Source: Archangium sp.
GTDB lineage: Bacteria; Myxococcota; Myxococcia; Myxococcales; Myxococcaceae
Reading direction: 5' to 3'
DNA: 14,399 nt
NCBI GenBank assembly: GCA_031367385.1
Contig: JANLPS010000543.1
Location: 1-14,399, forward strand
The notes below the pieces were generated by a model. That model made no database searches. It was not told where the DNA came from and saw nothing but the letters and a program-made list of their open reading frames with translations. Within the stretch, counting starts at the first letter, position 1; the number at the start of each line of letters is the position of its first letter. This document shows, piece after piece, positions 5,490 to 13,862 of the stretch. The position numbers and the translations under genes are program-made.

Positions 5490-8486
5490 GTGAGTGAGTC
5501 GGACGACCTGAGGCAGCGGGCGCTTCGACTCGAAGAGCGCCTGCGCCTGCTCGCAGAAGTGACCACCGCCTTCGCGAAAGACACCTCGAACGCGAATCGG
5601 CTGCTCGACACGATCGCTCAACGCACTGCCGAGCTGCTCAAAGACTACTGCCTGGTTCAGTTGTTCAGTGATGACCGAACGCACCTGACCCCCGAGGCGA
5701 TCTTCAGCCCCGACCCAGAGCTCCTGACGCAGGCCAAGCTCGCGCTGTCGGTGCCAATCGAAGTTCAGAGTCACCCGCCCTCCAAGCGCGTCTTCGAGAC
5801 GGGGCAGCCCTTTTTCGCCGCGAATCTGCAGCTCGACGCCCTGCGCGCGGGCGCCACCGGGCAACCGATGCCCCCCGGGGCTGAGTTCGGCCGACGCATC
5901 GGTGTTCACTCGATGTTGATCGTACCCCTCCAGGTCGACGGCCAGGCCATCGGCCAGATCACCCTCGCCCGCTACCGGTCAGATCTGCCCGCTTTCGACC
6001 AATCTGATCTCGACCTGGCTCAGAGCCTGGCGCGGCAAGCATCGCTGGCGATTTCGAATTCGCGATTGCTGAGCACGGCACGCCGAGAGCTCGCAGAGCG
6101 CACTCGTGTTGAAAGCCATCTGCGAATGCTGGCGCAAGCGTCGGCGGAGTTCTCCGCGGCGACACACGAGATCGACCGGCTCGTCGAGGTGATGGCGCGC
6201 CGCATTTCAGACATCGTCGGCGGCATGTGCGTGATTCGGCAGCTCTCGGCAGACGGGCAATTCATCGAGGGCGCCGGGGCGGTGTACCACCCCAGTGATG
6301 AATTGCGGCGCACCACCGAACAGCTCTTCAAGGGCGACCGTCAACGCCTCGGGCAAGGTCTGTCAGGCACCGTCGCGGCGACCGGCAAGGCGGTACTCAC
6401 GCCGCACTTCGAGCCCGCGGTGTGGATGGCGACGACCCCCGTTCAATACAGGCAGATCTTCGAAGTCTTCGCCATTCACAGCGCGATGACCGTGCCGCTG
6501 ATCTGCCGTGGCGCGGTCATTGGCGTTGCCAACCTGCTGCGGGGCGCGAGCGAAGCCGCGTACACCCAAGATGACCTTCGACTGGTGCAGAGCGTGGCCG
6601 ACTACGCGGGGCTCGCGCTGGGCAACGCGCGCGCCTACGTCGCCGAGCGAGAGGCCAGAGCCGCTGCCGAGGCCGCAACCCGGGCACTGCAATCATCGGA
6701 GGGGCGATTCGCCCTGCTCGCCGAGTCGGGGTTGTTGGGAGTGATCGTCGCGAAGCTCAACGGCCAGGTGCTGCAGATCAACGACACCTTGCTCAAAATG
6801 CTCGGGTACTCACATCGCGAAATCATCTCGGGCGAGGTGCCGTGGCCCTCGCTCACGCCCTCGGAGTGGAAGGGGGTCGACGCACGGGCCACCGACCAGC
6901 TCCGCCGAACCGGCATCGGCGATTTGCGCGAGAAAGAATACCTGCGCAAAGACGGCACGCGCGTACCCGTGATCATCGGCTCGGCGATGATTGACGACCA
7001 CGAGGTCGTCTCATTCGTGCTCGACCTGACTGAACGCAAGCAAGCCCAGTCGATCATCGAGACGATGCGCCGTGAGCACGCGGCCGACGCCAAGTTTCGC
7101 AGCCTTCTCGAATCGGCCCCCGACGCGATGGTGATCGCCGGAGAAAACGGCGTGATCTCGCTCGTCAACGAGCGGGTCGAGAGTCTGTTCGGGTATTCCC
7201 GGCAGGAGCTCCTGGGTCAGCCGATCGACAACCTGATTCAGACTCAGCTCAGTACGCTGACGAGCCAAGCGGTCGGCGTCGGCACCGAGCTGGTCGGGCA
7301 CCGCAAAGACGGCTCATTTTTTCCCATCGAGGTGAGCGTCAGACCTTTACAGACCGAGACCGGGTTGCTGGTCTCGAGCTCGATTCGCGACATCACCGAG
7401 CGCAAGCGGGCCGAGCACCAGCGCGCCGGCCTCGCGGCGATCGTCGAGGCCTCAGATGATGCGATCATCGGCACCGACCCCACTGGCGTCGTCACCAGTT
7501 GGAACCACGGGGCCGAGCGCCTTTTCGGGTACGGGGCCAGCGAGATCATCGGCATGCCGATTTCGCTCATCAGCCCCACTGGCTCGAGCCCGGAGATCGC
7601 CACCACCGTCAGCACGGGCGTCGTGCAGCGCTTCGACGCGGTGCGACGGCGAAAAGATGGGGCACGGGTCGATGTCTCGGTGACGAGCTCGCCGGTGCGC
7701 GATTCTCGCGGCGTGGTCGTGGGCGTCTCGAAGGTCGCCCGCGATATCACCACTCGAATCAAAGACGCCGTGGCGCTCACGCAGGCCAAAGACGCCGCGG
7801 TGGCCGCCAGCCTCGAGCTCGAGGCCTTCAGCTACTCGGTCGCCCACGACCTGCGAACACCCTTGCGCGGCATGAATGGCTTCGCGCAGGTGCTGCTCGA
7901 AGACTACGGCACCAAGCTCGATGCCGAGGGCAAGGTGTGGCTCAACGAGATCATGAAGAGCGCCAAGCGCATGGGCGCGCTGATCGACGCGCTGCTGGCG
8001 ATCTCCCGGGTCTCTCGCAGTGAGCTCAACCGCGAGCCGGTCGACCTGACAGCCCTCGTGAACGAGGTCGCGCAACAATTGGCCGCCGCAGAGCCGCACC
8101 GCGCCGTTGAGCTCGAGGTACAGCCCGGCCTGACCGTCGAGGCCGACCCCGCGCTGACCCGGGCCCTGTTCGACAACCTGCTCGGCAACGCGTGGAAGTT
8201 CACCAGCCAGACCGCGAACGCGAGAATCGAGGTCGGCACCACCATCGCAAACGCCGAGCAGGTGTTCTTCGTTCGAGACAACGGGGCGGGCTTTTCAATG
8301 GCCTACGCGAACAAGCTGTTCGTTGCCTTTCAGCGGTTGCACAGCACCGCCGAGTTTCCCGGCATTGGCATCGGGCTCGCAACGGTGCAGCGCATCGTGC
8401 GACGACACGGTGGCTCCATCTGGGCCGAAGGCAAAATCGGGGCTGGCGCGACCTTCTATTTCTCGTTCTCGAAGAGCGCTGCTTAG
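5490..8486 (+). CDS. Cytoplasmic multi-sensor histidine kinase (GAF-GAF-PAS-PAS-PAS-HisKA-HATPase)
   Basis: Two GAF domains (SMLIVPL...AIGQI...FDQSDLDLAQSLA; SAMTVPL...VIGV...YTQDDLRLVQSVA). Three PAS/PAC units (RKDG...DLTERK, RKDG...DITERK, RKDG...ARDIT). H-box FSYSVAHDLRTPL, N-box NLLGNAWKF, G1 DNGAGF, F-box LFVAFQRLH, G2 GIGIGLA. No TM segment is evident. Confidence 0.95.
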   Translation: MSESDDLRQRALRLEERLRLLAEVTTAFAKDTSNANRLLDTIAQRTAELLKDYCLVQLFSDDRTHLTPEAIFSPDPELLTQAKLALSVPIEVQSHPPSKRVFETGQPFFAANLQLDALRAGATGQPMPPGAEFGRRIGVHSMLIVPLQVDGQAIGQITLARYRSDLPAFDQSDLDLAQSLARQASLAISNSRLLSTARRELAERTRVESHLRMLAQASAEFSAATHEIDRLVEVMARRISDIVGGMCVIRQLSADGQFIEGAGAVYHPSDELRRTTEQLFKGDRQRLGQGLSGTVAATGKAVLTPHFEPAVWMATTPVQYRQIFEVFAIHSAMTVPLICRGAVIGVANLLRGASEAAYTQDDLRLVQSVADYAGLALGNARAYVAEREARAAAEAATRALQSSEGRFALLAESGLLGVIVAKLNGQVLQINDTLLKMLGYSHREIISGEVPWPSLTPSEWKGVDARATDQLRRTGIGDLREKEYLRKDGTRVPVIIGSAMIDDHEVVSFVLDLTERKQAQSIIETMRREHAADAKFRSLLESAPDAMVIAGENGVISLVNERVESLFGYSRQELLGQPIDNLIQTQLSTLTSQAVGVGTELVGHRKDGSFFPIEVSVRPLQTETGLLVSSSIRDITERKRAEHQRAGLAAIVEASDDAIIGTDPTGVVTSWNHGAERLFGYGASEIIGMPISLISPTGSSPEIATTVSTGVVQRFDAVRRRKDGARVDVSVTSSPVRDSRGVVVGVSKVARDITTRIKDAVALTQAKDAAVAASLELEAFSYSVAHDLRTPLRGMNGFAQVLLEDYGTKLDAEGKVWLNEIMKSAKRMGALIDALLAISRVSRSELNREPVDLTALVNEVAQQLAAAEPHRAVELEVQPGLTVEADPALTRALFDNLLGNAWKFTSQTANARIEVGTTIANAEQVFFVRDNGAGFSMAYANKLFVAFQRLHSTAEFPGIGIGLATVQRIVRRHGGSIWAEGKIGAGATFYFSFSKSAA

Positions 8487-9607
8487 AACGTCAGCACCTG
8501 GCGAATGGCGGTGCCGTCGTGAAGGCGGTCGAGCGCGACGTTCAACTGCGCGAGCTCGAGCCGGTGCGTGAGCAGCTTGTCGACCGGCAATCGACCTCTT
8601 CGGTAGAGCGCGATGAGGCGCGGCAGGTCTCGCACCGGCACGCTGGTACCGATGTAACTGCCTTTGATCGTTCGCTCTTCGGCGACCAGGGTGACCGCGG
8701 GTATCGAGATCACCGCGCTGGGGTGCGGCAGCCCGCCGCTGACCGTGGTGCCCCCGCGACGGGTGATCGCGTACGCGAGCTCCATCGCCTTGGCCGAGCC
8801 GGCCAGCTCAATCGCCACGTCGACGCCGCCACGGGTGAGCTCTTTGATCATCGCGATAGCGTCAGGGGCATCGGCGAGCACCGAGTCGGTGGCCCCGAGG
8901 GTCTTCGCGAAGTCGACCTTGCTCTGGAGCCGGTCGATCACCACGATTCGCTCGGCCCCCGAGGCGATGGCGGCGAGCACCGCGGCCATGCCGACTCCGC
9001 CGAGGCCGACGATGGCGACGGTGGTGCCTGCTTTGACTTGGGCAGTGTTGATGACCGCTCCGGCGCCGGTCAGCACCGCGCACCCGAACAGCGCAGCGAT
9101 TTCGGCGGGGAGATCGCGGTCGACCTTCACCAATGAGCGGCGCGAGACCGTCGCGAACTGCGCGAAGGCCGACACCCCAAGGTGGTGGTGCAGCGGCTGA
9201 CCGCCTCTCGACAAACGGCGCTCGCCACACAGCAAAGTGCCCGCGCCGTTGTGCTTCATCGCCGGCTCACACAGCGCGGGGCGGCCCTCGCTGCAAGGGC
9301 TGCAGTGGCCGCAGCTGGGCACGAAGACGAAGATCACCCGGTCGCCCTTCGAGAGATCAGTCACCCCGCGCCCAAGCTCGACCACCGTGCCAGCGGCCTC
9401 GTGGCCCAACACCATCGGGGTCGGTCGCTGTCGGTTGCCGTCGACCACCGACAGATCGGAGTGACACAACCCGGCCGCTTCGATCTTCACCAACACCTCG
9501 CCAGCGCCGGGGCCGTCGAGCTCGACTTCTTGCACGACGAGGGGCATTGACTTCGCGAAGGGGGCCACCGCACCGCTCTGCTCCAGCACCGCCGCTTGAA
9601 TCTTCAT
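8483..9607 (-). CDS. Zinc-dependent medium-chain alcohol dehydrogenase
   Basis: MKIQAAVL start, GLCHSD, LGHEAAG, structural Zn motif CGHCSPC..GRPALC, FGCAVLTG, NAD-binding GLGGVG, with an Asp (VIDR) suggesting NAD preference. Its stop overlaps the kinase stop (TTAG at 8483-8486). Confidence 0.95.
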   Translation of the reverse strand: MKIQAAVLEQSGAVAPFAKSMPLVVQEVELDGPGAGEVLVKIEAAGLCHSDLSVVDGNRQRPTPMVLGHEAAGTVVELGRGVTDLSKGDRVIFVFVPSCGHCSPCSEGRPALCEPAMKHNGAGTLLCGERRLSRGGQPLHHHLGVSAFAQFATVSRRSLVKVDRDLPAEIAALFGCAVLTGAGAVINTAQVKAGTTVAIVGLGGVGMAAVLAAIASGAERIVVIDRLQSKVDFAKTLGATDSVLADAPDAIAMIKELTRGGVDVAIELAGSAKAMELAYAITRRGGTTVSGGLPHPSAVISIPAVTLVAEERTIKGSYIGTSVPVRDLPRLIALYRRGRLPVDKLLTHRLELAQLNVALDRLHDGTAIRQVLTF

Positions 9608-9664
9608 CGTGCGCTCTGCGTACTCTGCTGACAGCGAAGTGGCCACCCAGTTCGGGGAGCACGG

Positions 9665-10549
9665 TTAGACCCAGAGCGCGCGCTCGATGGGTGCCCAGCG
9701 ATCGAACGCGGCCCCGAACGAGCGAAACATCGGCAGGTTGTTGAGCCGTGGCACGCGGGCGCACCCTTCAATCGGCGTGGTCTCCCACATGCGCACGCGG
9801 GCCAGGCCAACCGAGGCCGCGGCCCACTTCGCAGCCTCGAGCAACGCCGGGGCTTCGCCGCGCATGAACAGCACCTCGAGCTCATTGGTTCGAAAATTCG
9901 CCGTCCACCCGATGGAGCCACGATCGGTGCTCGCGCCCCACTCGCTCGGCACCGTGCGATTCAACATCGACGCGTAGAAGCGCGGTCGCGAATGGTGCCA
10001 GGCGAGCTGCGCTTCGGTCATGACCACCTGCAACGCGCGAGAATCACCCGGAGATGGAAGCGGTGTCTCCAAACCCCACCTCACGCTGGCAGGCTTCGGC
10101 GTCGCCTCGTTCACCTCGAAGAGCAGGTCGAACGGCGCGACACCCACATAGCCAAGCGGCGAGTACAGCGCCTCGCCGATCTCTGAGAACAAGATCGACG
10201 CCTGAACCCCAGGCTCCGTCGACAGCCGCGCATGCACCGCTTCGAGCATCGCCTTCGCCGCCCCACGCCCGCGCAGCGCCTGCTCGGTGAACACCGTCGC
10301 CACACCGAAGGTCACACCCTCGACCGCGCCGACCAGGCTCGGCATTCGAAACGTCTCGCACGACGACAGCACCCGCCCCGTCTCATCGACCCAATGCCAG
10401 GTCTGCATCACGTCACGAGACCACCGCTGCGAGCGCAGCATCTGCTCGCGCGCCTGAAACTGTTCGACCGTCAGCGGGCTGCCCCACGACGAGAAGCACA
10501 GCGCGTCTCGCGTCGCCGCCACGTCTGACGTCACCTCGAGCAACCTCAT
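9665..10549 (-). CDS. GNAT family N-acetyltransferase (resembles LYC1-type lysine acetyltransferases)
   Basis: Acetyl-CoA binding motif A VATVFT...LRGRGAA..ML, SILFSEIG..LY..LGY, N-terminal WG..LT.EQF..RE..L, LSSCET. A strong AAGGAG RBS precedes the ATG at 10549. Confidence 0.88.
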   Translation of the reverse strand: MRLLEVTSDVAATRDALCFSSWGSPLTVEQFQAREQMLRSQRWSRDVMQTWHWVDETGRVLSSCETFRMPSLVGAVEGVTFGVATVFTEQALRGRGAAKAMLEAVHARLSTEPGVQASILFSEIGEALYSPLGYVGVAPFDLLFEVNEATPKPASVRWGLETPLPSPGDSRALQVVMTEAQLAWHHSRPRFYASMLNRTVPSEWGASTDRGSIGWTANFRTNELEVLFMRGEAPALLEAAKWAAASVGLARVRMWETTPIEGCARVPRLNNLPMFRSFGAAFDRWAPIERALWV

Positions 10550-10663
10550 CGCCGTTCTCCTTGGGCCCGTTCGCGGGGCAAAATGCATCGGTCATTTGAC
10601 GCCATGTCACCCTGGCTCTGGGGCAAAGTGCGCACGCCGTCTTCACGCGGGAGCCCCACGACC

Positions 10664-13600
10664 ATGGAACGCCTTGTCTCATTTTCCCTCAAAAACAAAG
10701 GCGCGGTCGTCTTCATCACCCTGGTCGTGGCGATTTGGGGCTGGCTGTCGTTTCGAGATCTGACCGTTGAGGCATTTCCCGACCCGACTGACACCCAGGT
10801 CACCGTCATCACCTTGTTCGAGGGGCAGCCGTCTGAAGAGGTTGAGAGGCAAATTGGGCTCCCCCTCGAGCGCGCGCTCAATGGCACTCCGGGGCTGGCG
10901 CGGCTGCGTAACATTTCGCTCTTTGGGCTCTCGTACGTCACCCTCACCTTTCGCGACAACATCGACGTGCTGCTCGCCCGGCAACAGGTACTCGAGCGGC
11001 TGCGTGACGCGCAATTGCCCGAAGGCGTGAACCCAGAGCTCGGCGCGCTCGCCACCCCCATCGGCGAAATCTACCGCTACACCTTGAGCGGTGCGGGCGG
11101 AGACCCGATGAAGCTGCGAACGCTTCAAGACTGGGTGGTTCGCCCGACCTTGATGCGAGTCAATGGCGTGGCCGACGTGGTCAGCTACGGCGGCCTGGTA
11201 CGCGAGATTCACGTGATGCCCAACCCCGCGCAGCTGGCCGCGTTCGGGTTGCAGCTCGAAGACGTTCACACCGCGATTCAAAAGGGCTCTCGAAACGCCA
11301 GCGGCGGCACCCTCGAGCGAGGCGCCGAGCAATTCGTGATCCGCTCCGACGGGTTGTTTCACTCCCTCGCAGACCTGAGCGACGTTCGCGTGGCGACGCA
11401 TGACGGCACGCCCGTGTTCTTGAAAGACGTCGCGGTGATCACCGAAGGCTGGGCACCGCGGCAAGGCGTGGTGAATCGCGGTGCCGACACCGACGCCGTG
11501 CAAGGCATCGTGCTGATGCGGCGTGGAGAAAACCCCTCTGCCGTGCTCGAGCGGGTACGGCAGTCACTCACCTTGATCGACGCTCGCCTCGCGCCTGATG
11601 GAGCGAAGGTCGCACCCTTCTACGATCGCACCGACCTGGTCGACACCACGCTCACCACGGTCGGCCACAACCTGCTCGAGGGCGCGATTCTGGTGACCCT
11701 GGTGCTGTTTATCTTCTTGCTCGACCTGAAGGCGGCGCTGATCGTCGCGGCGCTGATACCGCTCTCACTGCTCTCGTCATTCATCTACCTCAAGCTGCGC
11801 GGCATGTCGGCGAACCTGCTCTCGATGGGCGCCGTCGACTTCGGTGTCATCGTTGACGGCGGCGTCGTGATCATCGAGTCGATTCTCTTTCGGTTGGGCC
11901 ATGCCGATGGGTTGCCATCGGAGACTCCGATTGAAGAGCGCATTCGCCAGGCCGCGATTCAAGTCGTTCGACCGACGGTCTTTTCATTGCTGATCATCAT
12001 CGCCGCCTACCTGCCCATCTTCATGTTGGAGCGGGTCGAGGGTCGCATCTTCTCGCCCATGGCCAACACCGTCGTCGCCGCGCTGGTCGGCGCGTTGACC
12101 TTCTCGATCACCCTGGTGCCAGTGCTGGCGGTGCTGCTGTACCGCAAGACCAAGCCGCACAAAGACTCACCGGTGCTGCGCTTCGCCGCGCGCATCTACG
12201 AGCCGACGCTGCAGTGGAGCCTGAAGCGGCCCTGGCTGGTGCTGACCCTCGCGCTGCTCGGCCTGGGAGCGGCGGTCGCCGTGGTGCCCCACCTCGGCAG
12301 CGAGTTCTTGCCCGAGCTCAACGAGGGCAGCCTCTACGTCACCATGACGCTGCCCTCGAACATCTCGCTCTCAGAAGGCCGCCGGCTGACGCCGCAGATG
12401 CTCTCGCTGGTCTCGGCTTCTCCGGTCACCGAACAAGTGATGTCGCAGCTCGGTCGGCCAGATGATGGCACCGACCCAACCCTGGCCAACAACCTCGAGT
12501 TCTTCGTCAAGCTCAGGCCGCCCGAGCAATGGCCCAAAGGCGTGACCTCGCTTTCTGATGTGGTCGATGAGCTGTCGAGCCGGCTCAAAGCCATACCCGG
12601 CATCGAGATCAACTTCAGCCAGCCGATTCGCGACAACGTGGCCGAGAGCATCAGCGGGCAGATGGGGCAGATCGCGCTCAAGCTCTACGGCGAAGACTTG
12701 GGTCAGCTGCAAGAGCAGGCAGAAAAAGTGAAGAACCTCATCGCCACCGTCGACGGCGTCGCCGACCTGGGCATCGTCAAGAGCGGCGAGGTACCGCAGA
12801 TTCAAGTGCAACCCAGCCGGGTCGCGTTGGCCCGCTACGGCATGGCGCTCGGCGAGTTTCAAGACGTGTTTCAGCTGGCGGTCGGCGGCACCACGGTCAG
12901 CGAGTACTGGGAAGGCGAGCGCCGCTTCGACGTCGTGATGCGCCTGCCGCTCAGCTCGCGCGACGACATCGAGAAGATTCGCAAGCTGCGCATACCCGTC
13001 GAAGGCGGCGTCACCGTGCCGCTCGAAGGCCTCGCGCACGTCGGCTTGGGCTTCGGCCGCGCGTCGATTTTTCGTGAAAATGGCCGACGCTACATCGGCG
13101 TTCGCATGAACGTGCGCGGTCGCGACCTGGGCAGCTTCGTCGAAGAGGCCCAGCAGCTGGTCAACTCGAAAGCCCCGATGCCGCTGGGCACCACCGCCGA
13201 GTGGGGCGGCGAATTCGAAAGCAAGGAGCGCGCGATGCACCGCCTGCTCACCGTCGTGCCGGTGGCGCTGCTGATCACCCTGTTGCTGTTGTTCAAGGCG
13301 TACGACTCCTTTCCGCGTGCGGTGCTCACGCTCTTCAACGTGCCCTTCGCGCTGATGGGGGGCGTCTTCGGGTTGGGCCTGGCGGGCATGCCCCTCTCGG
13401 TGGCGGCGGCGGTCGGCTTCATCGCGCTGATCGGCCAGGCTTCACTCAACGGCGTGTTGGTGATGTCGGCGATCGCCGAACGAAAAAACGCCGGTGAATC
13501 GCTCGAGTCGTCAATCACGCTCGGCGCCAGAGAACGCCTCCGACCGGTGCTGATGACCGCGATGTTGGCCGCGCTGGGCCTGGTACCCGCGGCCGCCTCG

Positions 13601-13771
13601 AGGGGCATCGGCAGTGAGATGCAGAAGCCACTCGCGGTGGTGATCGTCTGCGGCACCATCTCGGCCTGCGTGCTGACCCTGGTGCTCTTGCCGGTCATGT
13701 ACCAACAGTACGAGCGCTTCGTCGCCCGCTACGCCCCCGTCGTCACTCGACGCGGTCAGCGCCCCGCGTAG
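10664..13771 (+). CDS. czcA: CzcA/CusA family heavy-metal efflux RND transporter (1035 aa)
   Basis: VEAFPD, EEVERQI..PLE, S.FGLS, TPIGEIYRY, LRTLQDW, PFYDRT.LV, NL.EG, TM4 GAVDFGVIVDGGVVIIE, EGRIFSPMA, SEFLPELNEG, FSQPI, RLRPVLMTA..A.LGLVP, GSEMQKPLA. GGAG RBS precedes the ATG at 10664. The symbol is family-level and the substrate is not established. Confidence 0.95.
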   Translation: MERLVSFSLKNKGAVVFITLVVAIWGWLSFRDLTVEAFPDPTDTQVTVITLFEGQPSEEVERQIGLPLERALNGTPGLARLRNISLFGLSYVTLTFRDNIDVLLARQQVLERLRDAQLPEGVNPELGALATPIGEIYRYTLSGAGGDPMKLRTLQDWVVRPTLMRVNGVADVVSYGGLVREIHVMPNPAQLAAFGLQLEDVHTAIQKGSRNASGGTLERGAEQFVIRSDGLFHSLADLSDVRVATHDGTPVFLKDVAVITEGWAPRQGVVNRGADTDAVQGIVLMRRGENPSAVLERVRQSLTLIDARLAPDGAKVAPFYDRTDLVDTTLTTVGHNLLEGAILVTLVLFIFLLDLKAALIVAALIPLSLLSSFIYLKLRGMSANLLSMGAVDFGVIVDGGVVIIESILFRLGHADGLPSETPIEERIRQAAIQVVRPTVFSLLIIIAAYLPIFMLERVEGRIFSPMANTVVAALVGALTFSITLVPVLAVLLYRKTKPHKDSPVLRFAARIYEPTLQWSLKRPWLVLTLALLGLGAAVAVVPHLGSEFLPELNEGSLYVTMTLPSNISLSEGRRLTPQMLSLVSASPVTEQVMSQLGRPDDGTDPTLANNLEFFVKLRPPEQWPKGVTSLSDVVDELSSRLKAIPGIEINFSQPIRDNVAESISGQMGQIALKLYGEDLGQLQEQAEKVKNLIATVDGVADLGIVKSGEVPQIQVQPSRVALARYGMALGEFQDVFQLAVGGTTVSEYWEGERRFDVVMRLPLSSRDDIEKIRKLRIPVEGGVTVPLEGLAHVGLGFGRASIFRENGRRYIGVRMNVRGRDLGSFVEEAQQLVNSKAPMPLGTTAEWGGEFESKERAMHRLLTVVPVALLITLLLLFKAYDSFPRAVLTLFNVPFALMGGVFGLGLAGMPLSVAAAVGFIALIGQASLNGVLVMSAIAERKNAGESLESSITLGARERLRPVLMTAMLAALGLVPAAASRGIGSEMQKPLAVVIVCGTISACVLTLVLLPVMYQQYERFVARYAPVVTRRGQRPA

Positions 13772-13862
13772 CCCACATTCTCAACGCTCGAGAATCGACC
13801 GACGGCGCGCACCTTTGCGCCAGACTGTTCGAGAACCAGACAGACCCCCTCTGGAGCTCGCC

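Noticed and set aside
8192..9136. 314-aa plus-strand ORF spanning the kinase end and the ADH
   Set aside because: It is Arg-rich, out of frame with the kinase, antisense to the ADH, and has no recognisable domain.
10550..10663. Overlapping extended starts for the GNAT (10588) and the RND pump (10583)
   Set aside because: The downstream ATGs at 10549 and 10664 have clear RBSs and match family N-termini, so the region is intergenic.
12371..13240. 289-aa minus-strand ORF, and 10679..11503, inside the RND gene
   Set aside because: These are antisense shadows of a strongly GC3-biased gene.
13777..13820. ATTCTC-N7-GAGAAT inverted repeat and GGCGC...GCGCC hairpin as a Fur box, terminator or sigma54 promoter
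   Set aside because: The half-sites are in the opposite orientation to a Fur box, no U-tract follows the hairpins, and GG(13804)...GC(13817) is spaced N11 rather than N10. It could still be a weak regulatory site, but I cannot support a call.
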